From Cetorhinus maximus (lineage: Eukaryota): DNA of 64,000 nucleotides. A program made the position numbers and the translations under genes. The stretch lies in the NCBI RefSeq assembly GCF_964194155.1, contig NC_135881.1:150536001-150600000 (forward strand). Direction: 5' to 3'. The notes under the pieces were generated by a model. It was not told the DNA's origin, searched no databases, and saw nothing but the letters and a program-made list of their open reading frames with translations. Below, in pieces: positions 23,895-37,762 of the stretch; positions within the stretch are counted from its first letter, which is position 1; each line of letters begins with the position of its first letter.

Positions 23895-25478
23895 CTGTTG
23901 TAGCCATAATACTTATATGACTGGTCCAGTTGAGTTTCTGGTCTGTGGTAACCCTCCAAGATGTTGATAGTGGGGGATCCAGCGATAGTAATGCCATTGA
24001 ATGTCAAGCCTGAATGCTGTCCAGGTCTTGCTGCATATTGGCACGGATTGCTTCAGTATCTGAGGAGTTGCAAATGGAACTGAACACTGAGCAATAATCA
24101 ACGAACATCTCCATATCTGATCTCATGTTTGAAAGAAGTTCATTGGCGAAGCAGCTGAAGATGTTTGGGCCGAGGACACTACCCTGAGGAACTCCAGCAG
24201 CAATGTCCTTGAGCTGAGATGACTGACCCCGAACAACCACAACCATCTTCCTTTGTGCTAGGTATGACTCCAACCAGTGCAGAGTTTTACACCAATTCCC
24301 ATTAACTTCAAGTTTGCCAGGGTTCCTTGATGCTACACTTGGTCAAGTGCTACCTTGATGTCAAGGGTAGTCACTCACCTCACCTCAGCTCTTTTGTCCA
24401 TTCTTAGACTAAGGCTGTCATGCGGTCAGGAGCTAAGTGGTCCTGGCAGAACCCAAACTGAGCATCAATGAGCAAGTTATTGCTGTGTAAATGTCACTCA
24501 ATAGCACTGTCGATGACATCATCCATCACTTTGCTGATTGGCCTGGTTGAGTTTGTCCTGTTTTTTGTGTACAGGACATACCTGGGCAATTTTCCACATA
24601 GCTGGGTAGATGCCAGTGTTGTAGCTGTACTGGAACAGCTTGGCTAGGAATGCAGCAAATTCTGGAGCACAAGTCTTCAGTACTATTGTCGGAATGTTGT
24701 CAAGGCCCATAGTTTTGCAGTATCCAATGCCTTCAGCCGTTTGTTGATATCACGTGGAGTGAAGCGAATTGGCTGAAGACTGGCATCAGTGAACCTGGGA
24801 ACCTCAGGGGACCTCAGCAGGAGGCCGAGATGGATCATCCATACGGCACTTCTGGCTAAAGATGGTTGCAAATGCTTCAGCCTTATCTTTTGCACTAATT
24901 TGCAGGGCTCCGCCATCATTGAGGATGGGGAGATTTGTGGTGCCTCCTCCCCCTCTTGTTAATTGTTTCATTGTCCCCCACCATTCATGACTAGATGAGG
25001 CTGGATTGCAGAGTTTTGATTTGATCCATTGTTGTGGGGTCACTTAGCTCTGCCTATTGCATGCTGCTTACCCTGTTTGGCACGCAAGTAGTCCTTCACC
25101 AGGTTGACACCTCATTTTTAGGTATGCCTGGTCCTGCTCCTGGCATGCCCTCCTGCACTTTTTATTGAACCAGACTGGATCCCCGGCTTGATGGTAATGG
25201 TAGAGTGAGCAATATTCTGGGCCATGAGATTACAGATTGTGGGTGAATACAATTCTGCTGCTGCTAGTGGCCCACAGTGCTTCATTTATATGGCTAGTCC
25301 AGATGGATACTTATCAGCCCTCTTATTTGTTCTCTCACCCACCTACTGCAAGCCCAAACTGGCAGATATGTCCTTCAGGACCTGGCTAACTCGGTCAGTA
25401 GTTGTGTCACCAAACCACTTTTCATGATAGACTTTGAAGTCCCCCATCCAGAGTACATTATGTGCCCTTGTCATCCTC
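23895..25478 (-). mobile_element. CR1-group LINE (second family), older decayed copy with APE and RT remnants
   Basis: GVPQGSVLGP, LAKLFQYSYNTG; APE-like VLWMGDFK at ~25430-25460; homologous to the adjacent + copy. Confidence 0.88.
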
Positions 25479-27478
25479 AGTTCAATGAAGAGTGCAGGGG
25501 GGCGTGCCAGGAGCAGCACCAGGCATACCTAAAAATGAGGTGTCAGCCCGGTGAAGCTATAAAACAGGACTACTTGTGTGCCAAACAGCATAAGCAGCAA
25601 GTGATAGACAGAGCTCAGCGATCCCACAACCAACGGGTCAGATCTAAGCTCTGCAGTCCTGCCACATCGAGTCGTGAATGATGAAGGACAATTAAACAAC
25701 TAAGTGGAGGAGGTGGCTTCACAAATACCCCCATCCTCAATAATGGAGGAGCCCAGCACAGCAGTGCAAAAGATAAGGCTGAAGTATTTGCAACAATCTT
25801 CATCCAGAAGTGCCGAGTGGATGATCCATCTTGGCCTCCTCCGGAGGTCCCCAGCATCACAGATGCCAGTCTTCAGCCAATTCAATTCACTCCATGTGAT
25901 ATGAAGAAATGGCTGAAGGCACTGGACACTGCAAAGGCTATGGGCCTTGACAACATTCCAGCAACAGTACTTATGCTTCAGAATTTGCCGTGCCCCTAGC
26001 CAAGCTGTTCCAGTACAGCTACAACACTGGCATCTGCCCGGCAATGTGGAAAATTGCCCAGATATGTCCTGTACACAAAAAGCAGGACAAATCCAACCCA
26101 GCCAATTACTGCCCCATCAGTCCACTCTCGAGCATCAGTAAAGTAATGGAAGGGGTCATCAACTGTGTTATCAAGCGGCACTTGCTTAGGAATAACCTGC
26201 TCACTGATGCCCAGTTTGGGTTCCGCCAGGGCCACTCAGCTCCTGACATCGTTTCAGCCTTGTTTCAAACATGAACTAAAGAACTGAACTCCCGAAGTGA
26301 GGTGAGAGTGACTGCCCTTGACATCAAGGCTGCATTTAACCAAGTGTGGCATCAAGGAGCCCTAGCAAAACTGCAGTTAATGGGAATCAGGGGGAAAACT
26401 CTCCACTGGTTGGAGTCATACCTAGCACAAAGGAAGATGGTTGTGGTTGTTGGAGGTCAGTCATCTCAGCTCCAGGACATCACTGCAGGAGTTCCTCAGG
26501 GTAGTGTCCTAGGCCTAACCATCTTCAGCTGCTTCATCAATAACCTTCCTTCCATCATAAGGTCAGAAGTGGGGATGTTCACTGATGATTGCACAATGTT
26601 CAGCACCATTTGTGACTCCTCAGACACTGAAGCAGTCCATGTCCAAATGCAGCAAGACCTGGACAATATCCAGGCTTGGGCTGACAAGTGGCAAGTAACA
26701 TTCACGCCACACAAGTGTCAGGCAATGGCCATCTCCAACAAGAGAGAATCCAACCATCGCCCCTTGATGTTCAATGGCATTACCATCACTGAATCCCCCA
26801 CAATAAACATCCTGGGCTTTACCATTGACCAGAAACTGAACTGGACTAACTATATAAATACCGTGGCTACAAGAGCAGGTCAGAGGCTAGGAATCGTGCG
26901 ACAAGTAACTCACCTCCTGACTCCCCAAAGCTTGTCCACCATCTACAAGGCACAAGTCAGGAGTGTGATGGAATACTCCCCACTTGCCTGGATGAGTGCA
27001 GCTCCTACAACACTGAAGAAGCTGGACACCGTTCAGGACAAAGCAGTCCACTTGGTTGGCACCACATCCACAAACATTCACTCCCTTCACCACCGATGGA
27101 CAGTAACAGCATTGTGTACCATCTACAAGATGCAGTGCAGGAATTCACCAAGGCTCCTTAGACAGCTCCGTTCAAACCCATGGCCACTACCACCTAGAAG
27201 GACAAGGGCAGCAGATAGGTGGGAACACCACCACCTGGATGTTCCCTTCCGAGTCACTCACCATCCTGACTTGGAAATATATCGCCGTTCCTTCACTGTC
27301 ACTGGGTCAAAATCCTGGAACTCCCTTCCTAACAGCACTATGGGTGTACCTACACCACATGGACTGCAGCAGTTCAAGAAGGCAGCTCACCACCACCTTC
27401 TCAAGGGCAACTAGGGATGGGCAATAAATGTTGGCCCAGCCAGCGAAGCCCACATCCCGTGAATGAATAAAAAAAAAC
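25479..27478 (+). mobile_element. CR1-group LINE (second family), 5'-truncated, 3' end intact
   Basis: QFGFRQGHS, ALDIKAAF, GVPQGSVLG, FTDDC; ends GAATGAATAAAAAAAAA. Confidence 0.92.
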
Positions 27479-27699
27479 AAGAGATATTTAAAGACCCAGG
27501 CACCAAGTACAGGAGAGGTATTTTGGATTATCTTTTGTTCTTGGAAAGTCTCTGGAAGTCATGTGGAGTGTTTCTAGAGGAGTTGTGGTGAGTTGCTGAA
27601 TTTTGCATAGAGTGTAGCTGCATCCTGACAGGGAGAGCAGAGGATCTGGTGACCTATCGACACAAAGACTGCAATAGGTATGGGGTCTGCTTTTGTAGT

Positions 27700-29292
27700 C
27701 CCTTGAGGTCCGTGACATGAGGAAGATGGAACGAAGCCTGCAGAGAGGGCAATCTCTCTGTGATGCCCTCTGCCAAGTTGTAACCAGATTCCTCCATACT
27801 CGTTGATAGTGACAGAAGGCTGTCTAACAGGCCAGCCAGTGCACTCAACATTTAGCTTTTCATTTTCATCAACGCTCTCCTGCTTGTTTCCCCATTGAGG
27901 TTCTCATCTAAGTTCTCTCCAGCAGAATTTGCCTGCAACCTCGGCCTCTGGTGAACTGACACAGCTATCATTTCATTCTGGCCCGGCTGCAACCAATTTA
28001 TGACCAATGATGTACTGATCCAAACTCTACACCAAGGTGTGTGCAGTGCCAGTATCAGAGCTAGTGGCTGAAAGTTTCAGATCATGTGATGAGGCCTCTT
28101 GATCAGTAATGTAGTCTTGGCTTCTTCCCTCCTCTTGTGTGTCCTGTAGCTGGGAAGTTGGCAGTTCTTGGGTGTCTGAGAGCAAGAAATCAGAAAGAGG
28201 AAGGTTGGGAAGTGTGAAGGGGTGATGATGGGGATGGGGAGGTGGAAAGCAGGAGGTCTATGGTCACACCATCTGCAGTTTGCTCCTTCTGCCAGATGGC
28301 AGGATGAGGGTGTGCTAGGAATTGAGAGAGGCCATTAGGCAGTAACATACTGTTATCCTTAATGTTCTCAGTGACGCCAGTACCAGGGATGCTGACAACC
28401 ATCTCCTTCGTAGGACTCAACAAGTGTAGACACCTTCGTCCCCATTGGCCTCTTCGTCCCCATTCTCTTATGGGCCATTTTATTCTGCAGGAGAGAGGGA
28501 AGATTGTCAGTCATTGTGTTGGCCAGTGTTTGGGTGGTGTGTCTGCCACAACTGAATAGCTGGAGGTATGTGGAGGGAATGAGAGGCTGGGCATAAGGCA
28601 GGTAGCGTTGGAAGGTGTGTGAGGATGAGGTGGAGTATCTGCATGTCACACATGAGTCCTGAGTGGGAGGGAGTGTTGCTAGATGAATGACGTAGTTGTG
28701 TTGTACTTGTTTATCATGAGAGGTTGCTAGTGTGGTGGGCAGAAGATGTCATGTGAAGATGCAATCATTGACCTTGGCCACCCGCGAGAGGTCATTACAT
28801 TTTTCTGGCACTGTTGCCAGATTCTCAGTATCAATATCTGGCAGCTAACACCCCTGGACACCTGTTTCCATTTCCTTAAAGGCTTTCCGGCCTCTCCCGT
28901 GGAGACCTGGCTTTGCTCCGCCTGTCTACCTCCATCACTAGGGCCTCCAGTGCCACATCTGTGAACCTAGGAACTATGGGAACCTGGGTTCCATTTTCCT
29001 TGTGTGGAATTGCATTCAGCAGCAGCCTCCTATGATTCAACACAGCTTCACTTAAAGAGGGATAGGCTGCCTTTAAGAGAAGCAGGCTATCTGCACCATA
29101 TGTCCTCTGTGAACACTGTTCAGTCCCCTGCTTAGCACTCAAGCTTGGGCTCTGCTCAGACCAATTCTTCAATCAGGTGAATGTAGAGGTGGCATCAAAT
29201 TTACATGCTGCCCACCTCCACAGTAACTGGTGTGGGCAGGTCACAAATCACAACCTTCACATTCCACAACTGGCACTGACCAATTTTAGCCC
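27700..29292 (-). mobile_element. Decayed Harbinger-derived segment with Myb/SANT gene remnant
   Basis: PRFTDVALEALVMEVDRR at ~28900-28980; terminus ...AATTTTAGCCC at 29292 resembles other Harbinger ends here. Confidence 0.55.
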
Positions 29293-30765
29293 TCTGTTTC
29301 TCTTGTACTCGGACTCTCATAGGAATCAGGGGATTTTCAAGTAGGAGAGAGGTGTCCAATTATTCATATCAGCTAAACAAATCCCTTATTGTTTGGTCTC
29401 TTGGAAACAAATTTTATTCACATGTCCACCGCTTCTCACCTGGCTTCAGATTTGCATCCCAGCTATCCTGAAAAATGAGCAAGCTTTAATTTCAAGTACA
29501 TTTTAAAATGATGACTATTTCTGTTCCCTTGTTGGATATTCCATTTCAGTAAATAAGATATTAGCGGTGGCCCATGAGCAGCATGATTGCCTTTGGGTGG
29601 AATTTTCTGTGCCCGCTGGTGCCGGGTGTGTTCGACGGCAAGAAGGCAAAAGTCGATTTCATAATGTCGTGAAACTAGTTTGCAATCATCCGCTCCACCC
29701 ATCAATGGCAGGCCATGTTTCCCACCATCTGACATTGGGACCCTCATTGTAATACATCTGCATATCATTATAATCCCAGCCTGCTGGTATCATCCTCCAC
29801 GCTGGATCATCCGAGCCGGTCGGTGTGGTTGCACCCCAATGCGTTTCACAACATTAAGGCGTGCATTTGGTGGGCTGCACTTTGAGGTGAACTTGGAGGT
29901 GAATACACAGTAAAGTTGTATAGCGCTTGCGAGGTTGCCTGTTGGACTTCAAGGTTGAGGCAAGTTGTTGGGGATGGCGGGAGTGCCGCACTGCAGTCGA
30001 GGCAAGTTCAGATGAGCAAGGGCTGCACTGCAGTCAAGGTGAGTTGGGGGGGGCAAGGACTGCACTGCGGCCGAAGGCGAGCTTGGGGGCAGGCAAGGGC
30101 TGCACTGCGTGTGATAGTAGTGCACAAGCAGGTACGGGGTTGCGGGGGGAACGAAGCAGTCATGCATTAGAGAAACCTTGTGTAAAATGACTATTCCACT
30201 GCAGCTGATAAAGTTCAGGTGCAGCCACACTGATATGATTGGAGTTAGACCTCTAGCTTATCTGCCCACTCAAGCAACACAGAAGCATGAAAGCGCCACC
30301 AAATGTCCCTGAACTTTTCATCCCTTGCACACAGGCTACAAACGAATGAGTGTTTTAATGGACTGCAGAACAGTTGTACAATCTGCTTGTGAAAGCTGGC
30401 CATGGAGCAGTCACTGGTGGAGGCACTCAGCCCTTCGCAAAGTCATCATTCAGGTTTGGACCAGTCTCCCCCATGGTTCAAGCTAACAGTGCAGCCTTGC
30501 AGTGTGGGTTAGGAGAATGTCTGCACCTGAGTGAGAGCACAGCATGCAGTCCAGTGGGCGAAGCTGCCGCTAACCGGTCAGTGGGGCGGAGTTGGCTGGG
30601 GTTTGGGCAGCCAGGCAGTGCACTAAACTCTGGCCATTCAAGTGGTGGCCAACACTATCCATGATGTGTTAAAGTACCTTCAGAATTAACCAAGAGAGGA
30701 TCTTAGTACACCCAAGCTAACCCACATGTCTCTCTTTCATCTTGCAGAAGGAATACATCAGGAGC

Positions 30766-32008
30766 ATGGAACATGGTGAACTAGCTGTATGCCTCATGGC
30801 GTACAAAGGGCAGAGACCCATGAGAAGAGAGCGACAGAGGTGCCTGGCTCGGCAGGAGGTGGAGCAGCACCCTCAGGAAGAAGGGATGACTGGGGCTCCC
30901 ACATATACCGCTGAAGAGCCACAGAGACCCATCGCTGTTTGGTGCCTAGCTAGACCCAGGGTCTATAGATGCACCTTTCATTCCTATAGATGACCGACAA
31001 CCAGTGTCGCCAAAGACTCCGCATGTCCAGGGAACAGGTCAGTCACATCTGCCAGCTCCTGCAGGATTTGGTGCCATGGGGACATGGAGGGCATCCACTG
31101 CCAGTGGCCGTGAAAGTGACAGCGATGCTTAATTTTTATGCCAGTGGCTCCTTACAGGGCTCTCAGGTCTCCTCTGTGGGATATCACAAGCCTCCACCCA
31201 CAAATGTATCCAAGAGGTCACGGATGCCATCTTCACAAAGACAAATAACATTGTGCATTTCGCCCGGGACAAGGAAAGTCAGGATGCAAGAGCGCTGGGA
31301 TTTGCCCAGATCTCAGGTTTCCCACAGGTGCAGGATGTCATCAACTGCACTCATGTGGTGCTCAGATCTCCATTGCAATAAGCGGTCAACTACATCAACT
31401 ACAAGGGCTTCCACTCACTGAATGTGCAGCTGGTGTGCGACCACCACAAATCCTACAGGTCTGCGCATGGTTCCCAGGGAGTGTCTACGACTCCTACATC
31501 CTTAGCAGGTCTCAGATCCCTGATGTCTTCCAGGACCCTCAGAGGCTGCAGGAATGGCTCCTCGGGGTGGAGGGTTAACACAGAGGGTGTGGCTAATAAC
31601 ACCTGTGCAGCGGCCTCAGACTGCAGCAGAGTGAAGGTATAATGAGGCTCATGCTGCAACCCGCTACTTGGTGGCGCAGACCATTGGGATGCTGAAAATG
31701 AGGTTCTGTTGCCTGGAGCGGTCTGGTGGAGCCCTGCAATACAGTCCGCAGAGGGTGTCATACATTATTGTCACCTGCTGCACCCTTTGCAACCTGGCGC
31801 CGCAATGGAGAGAGGGACTGGCTGAGGAGGAGATGGATGAGTTGGATGGTATCCCCCCAATGACGAGGACCTCGACAGGGATGAATGTGAGGAGAACAAC
31901 GAAGGCTACGATGAAAACAATGAGGCCCTCGCACTGGCCAGATGAGGCAGGTGCACTCAGGAGGCCTTTGCAACTGCTAGATTTGTAGAGGAGGATGATG
32001 ACATGTAG
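30766..32008 (+). pseudogene. Harbinger DDE transposase (HARBI1-like), frameshifted
   Basis: CRQRLRMSREQV, LPVAVKVTAMLNFYASGS, KGFHSLNVQLVCDH, HDSYIL, QTIGMLKMRFCCLERSGGALQYSP; acidic tail. Confidence 0.9.
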
Positions 32009-32438
32009 TGAGGAGACACCATAGATCCTCACATTGCATCTATGAATGTTTAATGCCTGGCTGATGGCAGCACACATACACTCAGTGATGATACTCCTGC
32101 CATGGAGATGCAGCGGAGGCCCTAATAGTCGCTCAGTTCCAGAAGGGTGATGACGACATGCAGTGAGAACACTCCACAGGTCTTCACATAGCTTCTATGA
32201 ATGTCTAACTCCTGTCTGGCTGAGAGCAGCTCGCTTGTGCTTTGTGATCAGGGTCATATCATAGAGACAAAGCCATGAAACTTTAAAAGCACTGATCCAT
32301 TGTCAGCCTTCAGCACCTGACCCCCTTCAGGAGCACAGAGTCGCTGGTCACAGATGCTGAAGTAATGAGGGGCCAACCCTAGCTTAAAGGTGCTGAGAGC
32401 ACACAGAGAGGATGATGGAACTCTGTGATGCCTGCCCG

Positions 32439-33807
32439 CTACAATCTGGCAGCAACGACAAGCACCATCAAGGTCCCCTGGCTGACTCCTTGGGGAGGAG
32501 AGAGTACTCGAGTGAGATCGAGCTGCTCTGCACCCTTCTCGCGTACCGTTAGAGGCCAACTATGGCATCGGTGATGGAGTTCCGCCCACAGCAGTGCAGG
32601 ACTGATATCCAAGACCAAGGTCTCCATGGCTGCCTCCATCCTACCAGTCTTGACCTCGGCGAGTTGCAATGCTGGTGCTATCGCCTTAGACTGAAGACGG
32701 ACAGACTCCTCTATCGTGCCTTGCAATCTGAGGAGTGCAGCGGACATCTCTTCCTGATGTTCCCGAGCTTGCCTTTGCAGCCCAGCAACTGAGTCCAGAG
32801 GCTCGTCATCTGACTCGCACTTGGCAAATTTCTGGCCTCCAGCAGTCTTCTGAATGCCGGGAACCTGGGAAGTCCCTGCCACTGCCTGCTGTGGATCAGA
32901 CAATGCGATGTGCTCACCAGATTGTGACCCCAAGGTGTGTGTTTCTGCATTGATGGAGGGTGTCGGTGAGCGCTGTGATGGGTCTTCAATGAAGGTGCCT
33001 TCAGGTTCCTCTTCAGAGGGCTTGATTGGAGGCCCTGGGTCATGAACTCTGCCAGCTGTCTCCCAGATGTGCCTGCAAAAGCAAGGAGAGATAATTGATG
33101 CATGGTAGGGGACTGCAGGACAGGGGAAGTAATTCACAGCATGGTTGTCTGATGGATGTTGCATTGCTGAACCCTCACTTGGTAGAGCACCGCTGACCTC
33201 ACTGTCAGCACAGGAATGGTCAGATCATCACCGGCCAGCTGGATGGCTCTGTTTTCAAAGTCCGTGAGGACCTTGATTTCAGGCATTCCTCCACCAGCCT
33301 GCGACCTCTCCCTCTTGTTGTGTGCCGGCTTGTCCTGCATGAATAGAGATGGAGAATGTAAGCAGGACGCCTGCCAGGCCAAATGATAAGTATGCCTGGC
33401 ATGTGTGGATGGCGAGTGGTCCCATGGATGGGATGAGGCCAAGGAAGGTGTGCGTGAGAAAGTGAATGGTGATGTCCCTTGAACCAGCAGTGATTGAGGG
33501 CACTGTGGATGTGTGATGGATTTTGTGACTGTGTGCATTGAGAGTGATGAGAAAAGTGACTTACCCTGGTGGAACGGAGGAGATCATTCATCCTCTTCCA
33601 GCACTGGGCGGCTGTCCTCTTTTGCAAGGCGTAGGCACTGACCAGCAGTGCTTCCGCCTCCCAAGCTGGGCTAGTAATGCTGCTGGCCCTCCTGCGGTCA
33701 GAGCGGGGGTTGAGGACATCATGGCTGGCCTCTACGATGTCCAAAAGGTGCTCGAAGTATGTGTTACTGAATCATGGGACTGCAGTCTTCTTGCCTTTTG
33801 GGGCCAT
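32439..33807 (-). pseudogene. Harbinger Myb/SANT-like DNA-binding protein gene, 3 exons
   Basis: MAPKGKK...PAWEAEA...KRTAAQCWKRMNDLLRSTR|GTAAGT (33565); exon 2 ~33335-33179 DKPAHNKRERSQAGGG; acceptor TTTTGCAG at 33072. Confidence 0.85.
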
Positions 33808-34660
33808 GTCTTCTTTGCAGCAGTCCTGGGCTGGTAGAACTGATAGGTATCCATGGCTGGATTTTAATGATGGCGTCTGGCATGAGGGAGCGGCGAGGTG
33901 ATGGAGTGGTGGGCGAATGAGAGCCCGTCTGCCATTGAAACGGCTTGTTTCCCGGGAATGTATGATTAATGAGGCGAGTTTGGGACAATACGGTATGAAA
34001 ACCTGCCATTGCAGCCGGCGGGAAAAACATTATTTTGCCCACCTGCTACCGCCCGTGTAGCTTGGTTTACTGTTAAGGCAAGTTGGTGCCAATTTAGCAA
34101 CTGTACTGCAGGCACTATTAAAAAAATTCCAATCAATACCCAAGCAATAAATATTAAGTGTGTAATCATTTACCTGTTTATTAGATCAAGAGGCCCCACA
34201 TTTAGTGGTACAGTTTACTTGCACAGTCAAACCAGGTTGCAACATGTGGCCTCTAGTTATTCCTGAAATGTCAAACTGGAAGCTGTCAGATATCATCACA
34301 GCAATAGTATCAATATACAACAGCTATTTTAGTGCATGCTAAAAGTTAATTATAATTACTTTAAAACTGAACCATAATTGGCCAAACCCATGTACTACTC
34401 TCAGGAATTTAAAATGTCATAGAATCAAAATGTACTTTCATTCTTTACATTAATACCATACAATTGTTGTACATTTTCCCCTTCAATTACATCGTAATGA
34501 AGATCACAGGCTGATCATATGTTCAATTGCTTTTTTATACCTCTTCATGTTGGCTGTTTTAGTGCTGCCATTTTAATAATAAAGTTCAGATTAATGTGGT
34601 TCCCACATTCCTGCATGCATTGGCAGCCATTTTAGCACAATGCCTAGGGCTGAGAACTAT

Positions 34661-35298
34661 GGCAGGATTTTACCTCCCACAGGCGGGCACGCGCCCGATC
34701 TGACCGGGCATAAAATCACGCACGATAGTGTCGGGTGAGTGTCCCGACGTCATCGTGCGATCTTTCGGTCAGCAGGCACGCTGCCAAGTCTTGCGTGCAC
34801 CCGCCAACAATTAAGAGGCCTATTAAGGCCCTAAAGCAGATAATTAATTTCTATTTTTCGCAGCCTGTCCAACTGTTTGGTTGGTGGACGGGTGAATCGG
34901 CCAGGTGATTTTTTATGAAACCTCATTCACGTGCAGGATGAGGTTTAGAGGAGTAATTAGAATTTAAATAAAAAATTTTAAACCTCATTTTAAACATGTC
35001 CCTCTTTGTGTGACTGAGCTACATGTGGGGACATATTTCTCTCATTTTTAAAATGTTTATTTTCGTGGCCACAATTCTTCAGCTCCCTGAGGCAGCTCTG
35101 TGCCCTCAGGGAGCTTTCAGCGCACGCTCCCCCACACACGCGCAGACTTCTGCGCTCGCACTCCTCCCGCCCCCACCCCGGCAGCGCTGAGCTCCTCAGT
35201 GTGTGTTCCAAACTGGCTTGCCATTAACTGGTGGACCATTTCACGGCCGCTCCTGGGCCTGCCTGCTGCACCTGCCCAATGACCAGAAGATCCTGCCC
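34661..35298 (+). mobile_element. MITE family A copy
   Basis: GGCAGGATTT...ATCCTGCCC; TAT on both flanks; three internal hairpins. Confidence 0.85.
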
Positions 35299-35404
35299 TA
35301 TATTGCCGTCGCATTTTATAGCCTGGAAATAACTACCATGTTATCACATTTCCATGACGTGGTTATATCTAATGCTCCCTTCTATCATTTTGGTGTAAAT
35401 ACCT

Positions 35405-36006
35405 GGGCCAGGATTTTCAGCCCAGTGTGCGGGCGCGTGCCCGACATGCCCGAGGGTGAATTATCGTGCGATGATGTCGTGCGAGCGTTCCGACATCATC
35501 ACACACTCACACGATATTTCGGTTGGCGGGCGCGCGTGAGAGTCGGCAGCGCGCTGGCGGACAATTGAGAGGCTTTTTAAGGCCATTAATCAATTATTTA
35601 ACCTGTGCTTTTCCCTGCCCATCCAATGTTACGGTTGGTAGGCGGACAAATCAGCCAGACGGCTTTTCAATTTTTGATGAAACCTCATCCACAGGCAAAC
35701 TGAGGTTTCCATAGTTAAATAACAAAAAATAAAAATGTTTGGGCGGGGTTTTTATAATCTCCATGTAAAGGTACGTGAGTCCACTGTGCAGGCATTTTTT
35801 TTCTGGAATTTAAAAATCTTTAATTTTGTTTTTAAAAATCTTCAACTCCCTGAGGCAGCTCTGTGCCTTCAGGGAGATTTCAGTGAGTACAACCCTGCAA
35901 ATGCGCAGACTTCTGCGCTCGCGCTCCTCCTGCCCCCATCCTGGCAGCGCTGAGGTTCTCAGCACGTGTTTCACGTTGGCTGGCCATTTATTGGGAAATC
36001 CTGCCC
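35405..36006 (+). mobile_element. MITE family A copy
   Basis: GGGCCAGGATTT...AAATCCTGCCC; CTG at both junctions. Confidence 0.85.
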
Positions 36007-36059
36007 CTGCCTATATTAGATTTTAACGTATTTTAAGATAGCAGTCATTTCTGACATTG

Positions 36060-36360
36060 TGGGGTAATTTTAATTCCCAAAAACAGTTGGGTTTAGAGAA
36101 GATCCAAAAGTAAAGGTGACAATGCAAAATTTCAAACCTGATCCCAAACTACCCACTTCCGGTTTTAAGGAAGACTGAACGAGTGGGTGCTGATGTCAGA
36201 TTCACTCTCAGGCAGTGGCTGAATCAGTCAATAAATGTTTTTAAGGAGGCCGCAAGATGCTTTTTAGTTTTTACCATTTGGACCTGGCTTCCTGAGCCTC
36301 GAAGGACCTGGCAGGTAAAAAGAAAGGTATGGAGTATCTCCCACACCCGATTTCCCCCTA
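36060..36360 (+). mobile_element. Family B non-autonomous element, left part
   Basis: GGGGTAATTTTAA start; resembles the reverse complement of 10850-11099 and the start at 39223. Confidence 0.45.
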
Positions 36361-36361
36361 T

Positions 36362-37362
36362 TACGAACACTCAAATTAGGAGCAGGAGTAGGCCACTCGG
36401 CCCCTCGAGCCTGCTCCGTTATTCAATTAGATCATGTCTGATCTGATTGTAACCTTAACCCTATATTCCTGCCTACCCTTGATAGCCTTTCACCCCCTTG
36501 TTAATCAAGAATCTGTCTAGCTCTGCCTTAAAAATATTCAAGATGTCACCTTTTGAGGAAGAGAGTTCCAAAGGCTCACTACCCTCTGAGAAAAAAATTC
36601 TCCTCATCTCGGTCTTAAATGTGAGCAACTTCTTATTTTTAAACAGTGATCCCTAGTTCTAGATTCTTCCACAAGAGGAAAGATCCTCTCCACTTCCACC
36701 CTGTCAAGGATCTTTAAAGATTTCAGTCAAGTCGCCTCTTACTCCCCTAAATTCGAGTGATACAAGCCAAGCCTGTCCAGCCTTTCCTCATAAGCCTATT
36801 CCTGGTATTAGTCTGGTAAACCTTCTCTGAACTGATTCTAATGCATTTACATCTTTCTTTAAATAAGGGGACCAGTACTGTACACAATACTCCAAATGCA
36901 GTTTCACTAGTGCGCTGTACAACTGAAGCATAACCTCCCTACTTTTGTAATCAGTTCCCCTCATAATAAATGATAACATTCTATTAGCTTTCCTAATTAC
37001 TTGCTTCACCTGCATACTGCCCTTTGTGATTCATGCACTAGGACACCCAGATCCCTCTGCAATCTCTCATCACTTAGGTAATAATCTTTTTTATTCTTCC
37101 TGCCAAAATTAACAATTTTACATTTTCCCACATGTACTACATTTGCCAGATCTTTGCCCACTCACTTAACCTATCTATGTCATATTGTAGCCTCCTTATG
37201 TCCTCTTCACAATTTACTTTCCTACCTATCTTTGTGTCGCCCACAAATTTAGCAACCATTCCTTCGGTCCCGTCATCCAAGTCATTTATATAAATTGTAA
37301 AAAGTTGAGGCTCCAGCACTGATCCCTGTGACACACCACTCATCACATCCTGCCAACCAGAA
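36362..37362 (-). mobile_element. CR1 LINE, 5'-truncated
   Basis: GVSQGSVLEPQLFTIYINDLD, KFVGDTKIG, HLEYCVQYWSP; CR1 3' end at ~36365. Confidence 0.92.
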
Positions 37363-37684
37363 AACTCCCTGAATCTCCATGTTCTCCTCCTCTCCCCACA
37401 AACTCTTAGCACTGGAAAAGATCTCTTCCCCCAACCATTATTCCATACCCTGCCTACGACCTGCAAATTTTCTCTCCCTGCTCTTAGCTGCAGCCATGTT
37501 TGTGCTGGAGCTTTTCCCACCTGTCAGGCAGGCAGTCTCCTAGATTAGTTGTCAGGAGGCAATTCTGCTGAAAAAAATTAAAATACGTACTGCAGTTAAT
37601 TGTTTGTTCTTCCAGGTTTCTCCATCAGAACTCTGTGGCCTCTTCCTGCCTCCCGGTAAATATTGGGGTCTATATAAAAAAAAA

Positions 37685-37762
37685 ACTGCCAGCCCTGCTG
37701 AGATTTTCCAGCATTTTCTGTTTTTATTTCAGATTTCCAGCATCCGCAGTATTTTGCTTTCA
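37685..37762 (+). repeat. Penelope-type tail fragment
   Basis: CTGCCAGCCCTGCTGAGATTTTCCAGCATTTTCTGTTTTTATTTCAGATTTCCAGCATCCGCAG. Confidence 0.65.

Larger units (their letters stand above)
29595..34054. mobile_element. PIF/Harbinger DNA transposon, near full-length, decayed
   Basis: Left end GGGTGGAATTTTC, right end ...ACCGCCC; convergent DDE transposase (+) and Myb/SANT (-) genes. Confidence 0.88.

Noticed and set aside
23895-27478. Twin-priming 5' inversion of a single LINE
   Set aside because: The two parts overlap in content and differ in divergence, so they are independent copies.
34661-36006. CpG island or host promoter
   Set aside because: The CpG richness comes from two adjacent MITE A copies.
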